A DNA stretch of 64,000 nt. It comes from Geosiphon pyriformis uo1. Lineage: Eukaryota; Fungi; Glomeromycota. Shown in pieces: positions 14,201 through 27,558 of this stretch. The stretch is from assembly GCA_016748015.1 (NCBI GenBank), contig JAAOMT010000067.1, forward strand, positions 208,070-272,069. The letters are read 5' to 3'. The notes beneath the pieces were generated by a model. The model ran no database searches. It was given only the letters and a program-made list of their open reading frames with translations, and was not told where the DNA came from. Positions within the stretch are counted from its first letter, which is position 1; each line of letters starts with the position of its first letter. Position numbers and translations under genes: made by a program.

Positions 14201-15973
14201 CTCCAGGTTCTCAGCTGGCGTCCTCGTCATCCCTTGCTGTTTCCGGCTTGTGTTGGTATCAGTCCCTCAGATAATTTTTTGGCGGGTGTGGTTCACATTT
14301 TTTCTGGGTGTGATTTGTCTTTGGGAGGCCCTCTAGCTTGTGCTTTTCATCGTCAGCGTGGTATTCTTATGTCTTTGGTTCTTGGTGAATCCTGTTTTTT
14401 CAAGTGCGTCTTTTTGCTCAAGCGTTATGGAGTTGCTTTCGTGGAACAGCTTCGTGACTGTAATGGTGATGTTTTCAGTTGGGAGATCTTCAGGTGCTGG
14501 AAGAGGCTGGACCCTCGTGGCCCAGTCCCTTTCTGGTTTAATCTTTCCGTTCACTTTCTTGGTAGCGCTGTGCCTCTCTCCTTAAATTCCTCTTTAGTGG
14601 ATGGTCATGCTGTGTCTGATATTCGTTTTTCTTATGATTTTGGTGTGATTCATGACACTTTGCCAACCATTGATGCTGCCCGCCTTTCTGTGTATACGGA
14701 TAGATCTCTTTTTGGCCTGGGCACTGTTGACATGAGAGCAAGTGCTGCCGTTTTTTTTGAGGACATTAATTTGGGTTTGGGTGTAGGGGTGTCTGGTTTG
14801 GTTTTTTCTACTCTGACAGAACTGCAAGCCATAGCTTTGGCCCTTGAGTGTGTTCTTTTTTCTTGTTCAATTGACTTGTTCTTGGATAGCCAGGCTGCTT
14901 TGGATGCATGTAGGTCGGAGTCTTTGCTGGCTCGTCTGGATTTCAGGAACTGCTGTTGGATTGAGCGTCGTTACATTGCCACCGTCATTCATCAAAAGAA
15001 TTTGAATATGAATTGGGTTAAGGTGAAAGGTCATTCAGGTGTCTCAGGCAATGAGCATGCTGATACGCTTGCCAAAGGCGCTGCTCTCTCTGCTTGGTGC
15101 CTACCTCATTTAGTCAGTGAACGTCTTCTATGTGCTGGTAGTACGGCAGTTTTTGGTAACTCTAGACACTTTGTTCGTGATGTTTTCCGGTCAGTTCATC
15201 AAGCTCGTTGGGAGATTGGAGTTGGTTCTCGTGTTGTGGATGATAGTTTATGTGCTGATATCAATTGGTCTAAGTCTTCTATGGTGTGGCACCCCAATTT
15301 TCATTTGGCATCTGGTTTTACCAGCATGCATACGGCAGACTGTCATACTTACTTTATGAAGGCTCTCTATCATTGGCTTCCTGTTGCAGTGCGCAAGCAT
15401 TTATATGATAGGAGATACCCCAGTGTGGTCTGTCTGTTTTGTGGTGATGTTGAGACCTCAGATCATGTCTTTTCGTGTCTTCAGGACGCCGTTGGCCATG
15501 CTCGTTTGTTGGGCACACATGCTTCGGCTTAGGAGACTCTTTCTGGTCTTTCTCGCTCTTCTTCATGTGTCTTACAGGCCTTGGCTTCTTGTGTTTCTGA
15601 GATCGGAGTTGGTGTTGTTCTGTATAAGGGCTTTGTTTTCGATGAATAGTTTCATGAGTCTGTCTCAGTCTTTAAGGATTCTAAAGAAGGTGCTAGGAGG
15701 ATTGTGAGCTTTGTGCGTGAGTTTTGTCTAGCATTTCGGGATGATGTTTGGTTGGTCCGGGCCAGACACCAAGCATTTATGGAAAGGCACGGTTTGATTC
15801 CACATGATGGCTCTACTTCTGCTTCAGTTTCTGGTTTGCCTATGGTGTTTTCGGCTGGTGTGGTCAGATTGCTGGGGGTGGCTGAGGCTTTTGGAGTTGG
15901 TTTCGGGTTTCGTAAGTTTTGTCCATTTTTTTTAGATATTGGAGATCTAGTTTCTGTGCATATAGATGTATAG
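11285..15973 (+). pseudogene. LINE2 ORF2: APE-RT-RNase H-CCHC
   Basis: Same-frame ORFs 11294-11839, 11876-13240, 13244-15532, 15704-15973; motifs YNIRGMN, TETKL, IDY, KAYDSV, QGEVFSPLLW, FVDD, YLG, YTD, AIALAL, KVKGHSG, CLFCG..HVFSC. Confidence 0.95.
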
Positions 15974-16087
15974 TGTAGTTCTGACTGGCCTGAGTGGCTG
16001 GTCACGTGTAGAAAGTGCATGATTCATACCTAGTTTAGATCATGTGTATGATGTATAGCACTAGATTGCATTTGGACCTCACTCGTT
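15971..16087 (+). other. Conserved structured 3' tail of the LINE and ORF1-only families (other copies 8-125 +, 200-317 -, ~7195-7310 -, 30651-30775 +, 40415-40535 +, 40691-40811 -)
   Basis: Starts at the ORF stop; hairpins TGACTGGCC/GGCTGGTCA, CGTGTA/TGCATG, ATCAT/ATGAT; seven copies in the window. Confidence 0.8.
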
Positions 16088-18503
16088 AAAATAAAAAAAT
16101 AATAATATTAATATTAATAACAACAATTAAAAGCAAAGTTTATACAAAATAATTTAATGTTGTTTTTAAAAATTGATTTAAGTTTAATAAATCTAGATGG
16201 CAATTTAAACAAAAAACTAACAAAAACTAATTTAATCTTAAATATAGTATTAAACATTAAAATAAAGACTATTTATTCAAAGAGCTTTTGATAATTAAAA
16301 ATTGTTTTTTAAACACTATTAAAAACAGCATTAAAAAACAAAAAAGAAAAGATTAATTTAGTTTTTATTTGATTAATTTAATTCTTAAAATTAAAAAATT
16401 TAATAGATTGTTTTACTTTTAAAACTAATGATAATTTGCTAAAAACACTATATTTAATAATACAATTAGTAATTGATTTTGGTTTATTTTAAAAAATGTG
16501 CTATTATTGTTATTATTTATATTAAAAAAAAATTAGTTACTATTAAAGAGATCTTATTCAAGATTTTATTTAAATTATAAAAAGATTTAATATAATAATA
16601 ACAGATACAAATAACTGTTATTGTTTTTTAAAACTTTGATTTTTTTGGTTATTTATAAAATAATAATAATAGTATTAATAATAAAAATAAGAAAAATTAA
16701 CTTGTTTACTAACCTATTATTAAAAACTTTAAGGCTTTTAAAAATAATAAAAACAATATTAAAATTAGAAAAAAAAAAGTTTTTTAATATGTTAATCTCT
16801 AATTAAATTTTATTAACTAATAAAACAACTTTTTTTAAAAAATAATAATGTTTTTTTGGTGTATTTTAAAGTATTTTTTGTTTAAAATCTGTTTTTTAAT
16901 ATTAATATTAATTTTTTATATTAATATTAATTAATATTTAATTTTATTTTGACTATAATTAATAATAATAATAATATATTTAATTAATTATTGTTAATTT
17001 TAAAAACAAAACAAATTATATTTTAATATATAATTAAATTTAAATATATTATTATATTATTTAATTATTAAAATTAGACTAATAAAATAAAAACTAAATT
17101 TGTTATATTTTTGTTTTCTAAAAACATTATTGGTTTTAATAATATTTAAAAAATAATTTATATAATATAAAAATTTTTAAAAAACAATATATAAATTATA
17201 AAAAAACAATTAATTATACTTTTTGTCTCTTTAATTTTAAAAAGTAAAAAAGCTGCACCTGATATCTTTTCTAAAATATCTAATAAAATTTCAACCAGAA
17301 GAGCTCTCTTTGTTGTAGAAGCAACCAAACAGAACATTTTAAAAGCCTTTTCTTTATTTAATAATCATAAAAAACTGTCTTTAGTAGCTATTAAAACAAT
17401 TTTTTTATCTTTGACTGGTTTTTTACCAGTCAAAGTTCTCTTAAAAAGACACACTTGGATTAGTCCCAATGTTGCTTCTACTCCAACTAAGAGTTCAAAA
17501 GTTTTTAATAATAAACCAGTAAACAAGCTAGTTTTTTTTTCTATAGCTTTAATACTTAATACTGCTAGCATTACTTTTTTAAAGAAAAAAATGGTCAAAA
17601 AGACCAAAAGTTCAGAAAAATGGGAGCAGTTGTTTGTCTCTGCTATTATTACACCAAATCTTTTTGTAATTCTTAATGAAATCTTAGGTAAGATTTCTAT
17701 AGTATCATCTAATATATTATCTAAGATAGGCCAAAATTAACTACTGGTTGTATTGTCAAATATGGTGTTTTCCAGTAAATCATTGCTGGTTTTAGAAGCA
17801 AAACAATTATTTCCTGTAATGTTACTTGTTCTTGAGAACTGGACTGACCAAATAGAAACTGAATTATCTTTTCTTCTGGTTTCTGGTGTTGCCACTAGTG
17901 GTGTTTGGAAGACCATTACTAATCATCAAAAATTTGCTGGGTGGATGGTCTCCACTTTAGTGCTTGATGCTACTTTTAAAATCAAATTAGCTTATGTTGT
18001 TATTTATAGAATATAGGAATTAAATATTAGTACATAAATTAGCCAATCAAAATAGACGTAGTAAAAGTAGAATTCCAGGATTCTTTTTAGAGGAATCACA
18101 GGATTCCAAAATTTCTGGCTAGAAAATTGAGAAATTTAAAAAATCTCATACAATAAAATTTATGTATATATAGCAGTAGTATCAAAAGCTAGAAAATTAG
18201 TCAAGAAGACTTACAGGTCATAATTATTAAATACTTTTCCTTTCAAAGATAGTTGTTATCAACCAAAATGAAATTATATCAATAAAATATCTCTTCAATT
18301 CTCTAAATCTATGTTATTATTTACTACTTAACCTGCTGGCATAATAGCTCTTAATCATGACTATTGACAGGACACTTATTTTTTATTTTATTTTCTTTAT
18401 TTCTTTATTTTTTTTAATTTTTTTTATTTTTTTTTATTTTCTTTTGTTGTTCATTAAATTGAGGATAGCTTACTAAAAAAGTATAACTATCAGAATAAAC
18501 TAG

Positions 18504-19184
18504 TATTACTCATAAAAAAAAACAGATATAGAAAATAGTAGACCAATAAGAGAGTAGTAGTTAGCATATAAGCATATTGTCCAGCAATATGGAGCAATAT
18601 CAGAAATTACAGCACATTGCTTAACAATATAGAGCAATGTTAAAAATTAGAACACATTGTTTAGCAATATAAAGCAATATTAAAAAATTAGGGCATATTG
18701 CTTAGCAATGTGAGCATTGCTCAAGAAATCATAGCACATTGCTCGAGAATGTGAGCAATCTCATAGAACATTAATTATGTATATATATAGTAGTAATATT
18801 AGAAAAAAAAGAACAAATCTCTTAGTTTAGATTTAATCTAAACAACTTTCTATTTACAAAATATCAATAAATAATTATTTACTATTTCAATCTACTCTTC
18901 ACTATTAACACTTCATGTTGATAATAATTAATACTTAATCACACTGGAACAATAGCTTTTGATCACAGCTATTGACAGAATACTAATATTTATTGTCTTG
19001 GCTTATTTTTTTTATCTTTCTTTTATTTTTTTTGTCATTTCTTTTATCATATTAAGTTGATTAAAAAGTAAAAGTGCCAAATTATTGACATCAAGGATAG
19101 CCTAGTAAAAGACCTCAAAGAAAGAGTATAATATTGAGAATTTAAGAATAGCTTATTAAAATGGCATCTTTGCCAGATTACTAG
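18504..19184 (+). repeat. Truncated LTR (best match to the 3' LTR 28208-29085)
   Basis: TATTACTCAT start, ATTGCTnAGCAAT repeats, TATA-like box; ends at CCAGATTA-CTAG. Confidence 0.8.
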
Positions 19185-20027
19185 TGTTACTTATAAAAAA
19201 AAGAAAAAACAGATATAGAAAATAGTAGACCAATAGGAGAGTAGTAGTTAGCATATAAGTATATTGCTTAGCAATGTCAAGCAATATTAGAAAATTAGGG
19301 CATATTGCTCAACAATATGAGTATTGCTCAAGAAATCATAGCACATTGCTTGAAAATGTGATTGATCTCATAAAACATTAATTATGTATATATAGTGGTA
19401 GCATTAGAAAAAAAAAAGACAGACCCCTCAGTTTAGATTTGATCTAAACAACTTTCTACATTACAAATATCAATAAATAATTATTCAATATCTCAAATCT
19501 ACTTTTCACTATTAACTTCATGTTGATAATAATTGATACCTAATTACACTGGAACAATAGCTCTTAATTATAGTTATTGATAGGATATTAACTTGCAATT
19601 GCCTTGGCTTATTCTTTATCTTCTTTTATTTTATTTTATTTTATTTTGTTATTTCTTTGGTTTTACTAATTGATTAAGGATTAAGCATTGAATTATTGAC
19701 ATTAAGGATAGTCTGGTAAAAGACCCAGAAATAAGGGTAAAATTACATATATATTAACAAATAGCTTACCAGAAGGGCATGACTGCCAGAATAAATCTAG
19801 CCACCAAGCTGAGAAAAAAATTGGGCAGAATTGCAATTCCAAAAAACTACTACAACCATCACTGAATCTCTATCTATTATATAAAAAACTCCACAACAAA
19901 ATCTTCAGACCAATCAAAACTCTTGGATTATAAAAACCTTCAGAAACCAACACCCATCATTATATTAATTAAGCACCAAGTTATGAGTTGTTATTTGCTT
20001 TGAGACCCCAAATAAACATCTGTAACA
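19185..20027 (+). repeat. 5' LTR of element C
   Basis: TGTTAC...GTAACA, followed by the PBS. Confidence 0.9.
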
Positions 20028-20029
20028 TT

Positions 20030-20046
20030 TGGTGCTCCTTGTAAGA
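20030..20046 (+). other. Primer-binding site of element C (decayed)
   Basis: TGGTGCTCCTTGTAAGA 2 nt after the LTR end; homologous to the element B PBS. Confidence 0.75.
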
Positions 20047-20049
20047 TGT

Positions 20050-23000
20050 AATTCTACAGAGAACCAGCACCAACAACAATCATCCAAAAGTGGCAGAATC
20101 AGAAATAATAGGGACAAACTATTTAGAATTTGCTAAATTCTTATTTCAACTGTACAGGCAATAATTAAGCCTAACCAACAACTATTATCCAACAGAATCA
20201 GTCTTCAACTTTTATATCAACAAAAAAATCACAGATTTTCTGAAAAGACCAGTTGATATTGAATCAGCAAGAAAAAATTTTTATACAGAATTAATCCAAC
20301 ACACCAGCTTATCACAGAATTACAGTTTCGCACCAATCATCAGAGAAATTAATCAAGAAATTGAAAGATACACTCAACAACAATTCTCTATTATCTACGC
20401 AGATAAAGATAAAGAAAAGTTACAAATACCAGCAGCAACTCCAAAAAAAATACAACTACCAACATAGAAAAAACAAAGAATTAAATCCCCATTATATCCA
20501 TTATATCATCACACACTTGGAAGTATCATCAATATTACATTAGCAAACACATCCACATCAAACATGACATTAACAATTGGATGACTACTATTCCAAAGTA
20601 AACAAAAGAAAGTGGAATTATTAGAAACCTACAGTAATTATTTCAAAGGATTTAAATTATAATCACCAATGCCATTAGGATTCTGATTACCACCACCACC
20701 ACCAGATTTCGGAACTGCAAGCTCTTGGGAAATAATGACATCAAAAAAAGAGAAAGAAGAGGATCAAGAATTTAATTATCAAAATCTAATTGCAGAAAAT
20801 CTGGAAGTTGAAACTCCAAATATTCAAATCCAACAAACTCCAAATAATTCAAACCCCAAGCTAATTAATTAGAAAACTTACCTCCAGAAATTGTTATCAA
20901 TTAGCAACCAATTAATTCAATTGCTAAACAACTTCAACAGCTGCCAATATTACTCCAACAATTACCCCTTCAACCACCACAACAACCAAACTTGGATTCA
21001 ATGGCCTACTCCCCAATAGCAAAATTCGAAAAGTTTACAGGAAAAGAAGACGACACCCAAGTGTGGCTAAACAATGTTGAAAAAGCTATTACAGCCAATA
21101 GATAGAATAATGCTAGAACTATACAAGCTATTCCATATTTCTTTCAGGATACTACCAACTCATGGTATTAAAGCTTAATTAACAAACCTCAGAATTTTAA
21201 TGCATTCAAACTTGAGTTCTTGAGATATTTTAGCAACAATAATAGTATTAATTACTTAACCAATACTTTCACCACTATCAAGCAAGGAGAAACTGAAACA
21301 GTCACTATTTACCTAGGATGTTTTTATAGAAATTTGTGCCAAATACAAGCAATTGATGTGAATTACTTTACAGCACCACAAATTCTGAACCAGTTTATTT
21401 ATAGACTACATAGTAGTATTTTCCAATGCATATGTCTAATGCACTCACAAATTTTCCAAGACACAGTTACCAATGCATGAGATTTCGAATTCACTAAACT
21501 CAAAACTAACCACATTCAAGCTGTAAATCTAGTAATAAATAGATCATCTGACTTGGATTCCAAATTGAAGCAATTCAGTGAATCAATCAATCAGAAATTA
21601 GAAAGATACTTAGCTGACAATCATACAATTTATTAACCTCCCCAACAACACAATAATCAAGAAAACTCCAATCATTTCCAAAATCAATTGCATCTATCAT
21701 TGTTGACCAATCAACAGTGGCAACAAGAAATGTGTGTTTGCTACTATTGTGGTAAACAAAGACACCTACAAATTGACTGTCATCATTGATTAAATAACTA
21801 ATGATCAAGAAATCAATATCGAAATCTTGATTGCTGGTTTCCAACTCCAAGATATTAACCCAACCCAGAAATATATCAATCAAATTACTTATCAGTAATG
21901 CAGCTGCCAATTTATCAACCACCTATTTATCAGATTCCAACACCAGTTATTTATCAACTACAGCCACAAATAATATATTAACCTTAACAAATTCCAATAC
22001 TGCTATCAAACTCAGCTCAGATAACATCAGAAAATCCCAGATTAAAGATCACTCAAAACTGGAGATTGGTGATGGTTGTCTACCAACTAATTTCCAGTTT
22101 CTCAAACCAGCCATTAGAATCACATCAGCAGAGTTCAAGAACTGAGTACACTCAAAACCTGAGTTCTTAGAACTATTTAAGTCTTCTGGTAACTCCAAAA
22201 GACACCACATCTCACAACTTGGAAACCAAACAAAAGCCGCTACTTACCAACAATATTCTACTAGCAATCATTACTGAGGACAAATTACTTACTGCTATTT
22301 TCCCTTTTGAACTTGAGGAACCAATCAAAATACTACTATTCAGTAGAGCCACTCTAGAATCAAAACTCATTACTGCAATATATACAGACACTAAAGTTAA
22401 TAGGCAGTACATTAAACTGATCCTAGACAGTGGATTAGCTGACAGCATTATCACACAACAACTTATGGACCAATTAGATTGCTGAGTTGATTGCACTGCT
22501 AGTGCACAAATAATCATGGCTGACAGAGCAATAAAGACTCCAATTGGTGAAATAAATGACTTCCTATTTGAAGTCAATGGCATCATAATACCAATTAAGG
22601 TATTGGTAATGAAAGCAACTCAGTACCAAGCTCTTGTTAAGAATGACTGGCTGTTCAAAACCAATGCCATACTTGACTGAAACACTCAAGAACTGCAGCT
22701 CAGCCAAAATGGCCACCATACACGGATGCCAGCTACTTGTGGTTATTTCAAAGACCACTACCAATGACAAACTGCTTATTGAATTGGAAGAAAAAGAGAA
22801 AAAACTTACCTAAGAAGCCTACCAAGTTTCTTGGGCTAACACTAAGCACAATGAATTATCATCAGTACTTTCTTAAAACAACAAAAGGAAAGAAAAGGAA
22901 AAGAATGCAGCAGAAAAAAACACTACTGCCAAAGAAATAACTAGTGGCTAGAAAAAATCCTACTCACATGAGCCACTAAAGTAACTGCCATATATCTCAT

Positions 23001-26000
23001 TCAAATGCCAAGATTGTGACAAGAAACTTTTTTCCATAGGAGCTTGAATTGTGCCCAATAAAGATTACTGAATGCAAATTCATTATTACTGCAAGCCATG
23101 CCACAGAGAATAATACAGTTATCCAAAATGACAAGGCAAATAAGACAATAAACCATGTCTTGCTTATGAGAAACAATTACTCAATGAAAGAATGTGGAAT
23201 AATATTCCTGGTCAAGGAAGAACATATGACACTTCATGCCAGTACATAATCCTTATAAGCAACTGGATCAGTCATAGAACTCTTATTATTGCAGCCTGGC
23301 ACTAAGCAATAACTCATTTGGATGGTTACTTATACAACAAAAACAAAATCTGGTGGATAGCAAATGCCAAAGTCAAAAAAGTTATGCCTAGTAAAATATT
23401 GGAGATCAAAAACAATTCTTCAATACTAGTTGACATTATTCTTATTCCAAACTCTGATGCTTTTTTTGACATAGAAACAGGTCCAAAAGAGTTTTACAAG
23501 CACTATCAAAATTTAACACCCACTAAAAAAGAGCAGAAGCAATGCTTAAAAGAAATAAACACCTAATTATGTGATTACTGTTTGATCCCATGTGACTTTT
23601 AATACTGTAATAAGTGTGATTTTATTTACAATCTACCATTATGCATAATCTACACAATTCCAAAAGAGGAAAAACCAATTAGCAGCTGCACATCAGAATT
23701 GGAATCAATTTTCAATCCCAATTCAAACTCTGACAACAATGATGATGATAACAATAGTTCCAGCTCTGTTCAAATTACTAATAGCAATAACAGCAATTTA
23801 AACTCTAAACAATATATTATTTTTCTTGATCTTACCAAAAAACAAAAACTAAAATGGTTTAATGATAATGATGAAAGTATTATGCCAGAACATGTGCATG
23901 ATACCAATACAAAGTTCGATTTAAAATATTCAGAAAAAAATGCCATCTAATCGGAATTACATTTGCACACTTGCATTAATCTAAAAATAGCACTGGAAAT
24001 TCTAGCAATAACAATGGTTCAATTAGCATCTAGGAGTAGTTTAGTGAAGAAGGGAATCAACATCAGAGGAAGAATAATTGACACAGAATATATAGGAAAT
24101 ATCATTGCAATATTACAAAATAACTCAAAAAAGGCCTATATTATAGAACTAAACAAAAAGATAGCACAGACAATATTCCTGCCTCTGGTTAAAATAACTC
24201 AATTAGTACTAGTGGGAAACAGAAAAAAATTAGGAATTATAGCTAAAAAGATACAAGATTTCAGATTTATGGGTAGAATAAATGTACTAATTAATATGGC
24301 AGAGGAAGAAATTATCTTCATCAGTTAATCAATTTCTATTCTACCATATGACCAGTACATGGTAGTCATAGAAAAAAAAGTAAAGGATCAGATTCAGATT
24401 TTTGAGGCAGAAATAAAACTTTGTGAATCAGAAAAAATTGGATTAGTCAATCTACACATACCAGCCAAGAAACATAGTTACATCAAAATTTTCATTTACA
24501 ACAACACAGAAAGCATCATCAAAATACCAACAGAAACCACTATTAAATATTTAATCACTGAAGTTAAAAACCAACTGCCAAATACCATTCCAAACTTTTC
24601 ACAACTGTGTAGATATGTAGATATTACATCACAAACAATTTATGGATGACAAGAATGTTATCTGCTCCAACCAAAACAATTGGAACAGATAAACTTGAGA
24701 TATCTAGACCCATTGTAATATATGCAGCTTAAGATATTACTTAACAATTTCAATGATATCTTTGCCAGCAAAAATGAATTTGGCAGAACAGACATAATCC
24801 AGCATTAGATCAAGACTGGAGATATAATGCCAATCAAACAAAAAGCATATCAGATACCACCAGCCAGTCATGAGATTATTTGTCAAGAAATCAATTAAAT
24901 GCTTAACAATAGGCTAATTCAGCCATCAATAAGCCCATGGTCATCACCAGTGGTACTAGTCTATAAAAAAAATGGAAAAATCCACTTTTGTGTAGATTAC
25001 TGAAAACTGAATAAAGTAATCAAAGGAGATAGCTACCCAACTCCAAAGATCCAAAAACTGTTCAAAGCTTTTGAAAGAAAAAAATAGTTCTCAACTTTAG
25101 ATTTAGACAGTAGATACTGGCAAGTAGCCATGAAATTGGAAGATAAAGAAAAAACAGCTTTTACAACACGAGAAAAAAATTTCAAATTTGAAGTGTTACT
25201 ATTTGGCTTGATGAATGCTCCAGCCACATTCCAACAGCTTATAGAAATTGTTTATACCAGACTGCTATAGAAATCAGTAGTCGTATACTTGGATAACACT
25301 AACATGTTTTTAAAAACATTTGATAATTACTTGTATTATCACCAACAAGTATTTGAAAGACTAAGAAGAGCTGGATTAAAGCTAAATGCCACTAAATGTT
25401 TTTTTGGAAAAACTGAACTTAAGTTTTTGGAACATGTTGTTAGCAAAGACAGTATTAAAATGAATTCAGATAAGATTGAGATTGTTAAAAACTTTCTAGA
25501 ACCAAATAATTTCACAGAATTAAGAGCATTCTTGGGATTTGCTGGATATTATCACTGTTTTATCAAAAACTTTTCCAAAATAGCTCAACCACTACATCAA
25601 CTCCAAACAAAAAACACCAAATACAAATGGACTGAACTCCAACAAAAAGCCTTTGATATACTGAAAAAAAAGCTTATTTAAGCTCTAGTATTAATCTATT
25701 CAGACCACAGCAAACCATTCATAATTACTACTAATACATCTGGCCAAGCATTAAAAGCAGTACTATCTTAGAAAAGACCAGATGAACTAGAACACCCAGT
25801 AGCTTATGCCAGTAGAAACTTAAGTCCAGCTGAAAAGAACTATAAAACTCCAATACTAGAACATTTAGCTATCTATTGGGCTGTCACCAAATAGAAAGAA
25901 TACTTGAATCAAAAGTTTGATGTGTACACTGATCACAAAGAATTAACTTTAATCCAGAAACAAAAATTTGGAGATAATTGCCATGTCAGATAGAAAATAG

Positions 26001-26089
26001 AACTTTCACTATTTAATTATACAGTACATTACAAAAAAGAAAAAAAAAATGGAAATGCTGACAGATTGTTATGAATAAGACAAATCTAA
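20050..26089 (+). pseudogene. Element C polyprotein: Gag (N-terminal extension, CA, CCHC), aspartic protease, Cys-rich domain, dUTPase, RT, RNase H
   Basis: MAYSPIAKFEKFTG, CYYCGKQRHLQIDC, LILDSG, SRSSL/RIIDTEYIGN/KIAQ, YLDN, NADRL; many stops and frameshifts; start approximate. Confidence 0.88.
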
Positions 26090-26121
26090 AAATATTTCAA
26101 TCCAAAAAAATATAACAAAAG

Positions 26122-27503
26122 ATGAATATACAAAAATACCAACAACTCTAATATTATATAAATACCCAATTGTTCAAAGAGAAATTATCTTAAAAAAATA
26201 AAACAACATAATACAACAATCAAAATATTTTATCAACCATTAAAATATACTTTATTAAAAGAACAAAAGAAATTCAGATTAACCAACCAGAGTAATTATA
26301 AAACCAGAAAAAGAGAAAATATTGTTCAATATGCATTCAGATTCAACAGCAAGACATTTTCACAAAAAAGCAATCATGGAAAGAATCAGAAAAAAATACT
26401 ATTGGTCATCAATATATCTGGACATTATTCAATATGTTCAAAATTGTGATGCTTGTCAGAGAAGAAAAGGAGCAAAACCCAGTAAATTATTAAGACCAAT
26501 CAAAGTGAGATAACCATTTGATTGTATTGGAATTGACTTAGTTAGACCATTAACAATAACTAGCAAAGACAACAAATATATTGCAGTAACCATAGACTAT
26601 CTTACAAAATGGCCAAAAGCAAAAGCCATTCAAAGAGCAGATGCAAAATCCATTGCTAAATTCATTCATCAAGATTTTATCTGTTAACACAGATGTTCAA
26701 AAGAACTACTATCAGATCAAAAAACTTACTTTGTAAATAGAACATTGGCAGAATTAAGTCAAAAATTTAGGATAAAAAGACCATTATCATTACCATATTA
26801 TCCACAAACAAATAGGTTAATTGAAAAGTTCAACAGAACACTATGTGAAGCAATAGCCAAGATCAGTCAAAAAAACCAGAACGAATGATATTTGTTCATA
26901 CCATTAGTATTATTTGCTTACCAAACAATAAAGCAAGACACTATACAAGCAACACCATTTGAATTAGTATACAGTAAAACAGCAACATTACCAGTTGAGA
27001 TAGAAGTCAAAACATATTCAACAAAACCAATAACAGAAAAAAATTTTCAAAGAACACTGTTGAGAAAAACATATGATTTAATAAAAACACTAGAAAACAA
27101 ATGGTGAAAAGCAGCTAATAACATCCAAAAGTTACAAAAAAAACAAAAAAAAAGACATGATAACCAACTATCAGATAAACCAGTCGAATTCAGGATTGAA
27201 AACAAAGTACTTCTACATTATACCAAAGTGGAAAAACAATGGAATAGAAAATTTGATCCCAAATAAGACAGATCATTTCACATAAAAGAAATTCTAGGAA
27301 ATAAAGCTTATAAATTAAGATTAAACAACAAAATCTTAATCAAAGCAGCACATAAAAATTAACTGAAACTATATTAAAACATAGCATCAGCATCCACCAG
27401 TAATATTTCACAACTGGAAGCACAGAGAATACTAGTTCAACTAGATAAGATTCCACGAAATCTGGAACCAATTATAGTTATTGAACCAAACATGTCAAAT
27501 TAA
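26122..27503 (+). pseudogene. Element C integrase
   Basis: H..H/CDAC zinc domain, GIDLV, SDQ, IEKFN, TPFELVY, C-terminal GPY/F-like region. Confidence 0.88.
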
Positions 27504-27558
27504 ACAACCAAAAGAGTATATAAAGACACAGTATATATGACAAAAGCAACAAAGAAAA

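Larger units (their letters stand above)
9336..16097 (+). mobile_element. LINE2: best-preserved full-length LINE in the window
   Basis: ORF1 + ORF2 + conserved 3' tail + A tail; candidate TSD AATAATAATATTA(T/A)TAT at 9319-9335 and 16098-16114 (low complexity, tentative). Confidence 0.95.
7185..16800 (-). mobile_element. Heavily decayed ORF1-only retroposon, split by a solo LTR (8094-9027) and by LINE2; pieces ~16115-16800, 9028-9335, 7185-8093
   Basis: Minus-strand translations KSLKVFNNRLVNKLIF, FKIKLV..KNNIKLFCINFA, LIILKITKS, NIKLVN..YTAFKINNLI and LAIAKTN.L.K..I**KT...C.K.Q...HL.VD.K align in order with the + copy at 17216-30653; decayed 3' tail at ~7195-7310; ends approximate. Confidence 0.8.

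Noticed and set aside
9495-15973. In-frame stops as evidence of an alternative genetic code or programmed read-through
   Set aside because: Stops fall at Trp, Gln and Arg codons, use all three stop types and differ between copies, as expected from transition decay
15971-16087. 3' tail as a hammerhead or HDV-like ribozyme, or a tRNA
   Set aside because: No CUGAUGA/GAAA core arrangement, no HDV topology I could build, no T-loop or CCA; kept only as an unassigned structured element
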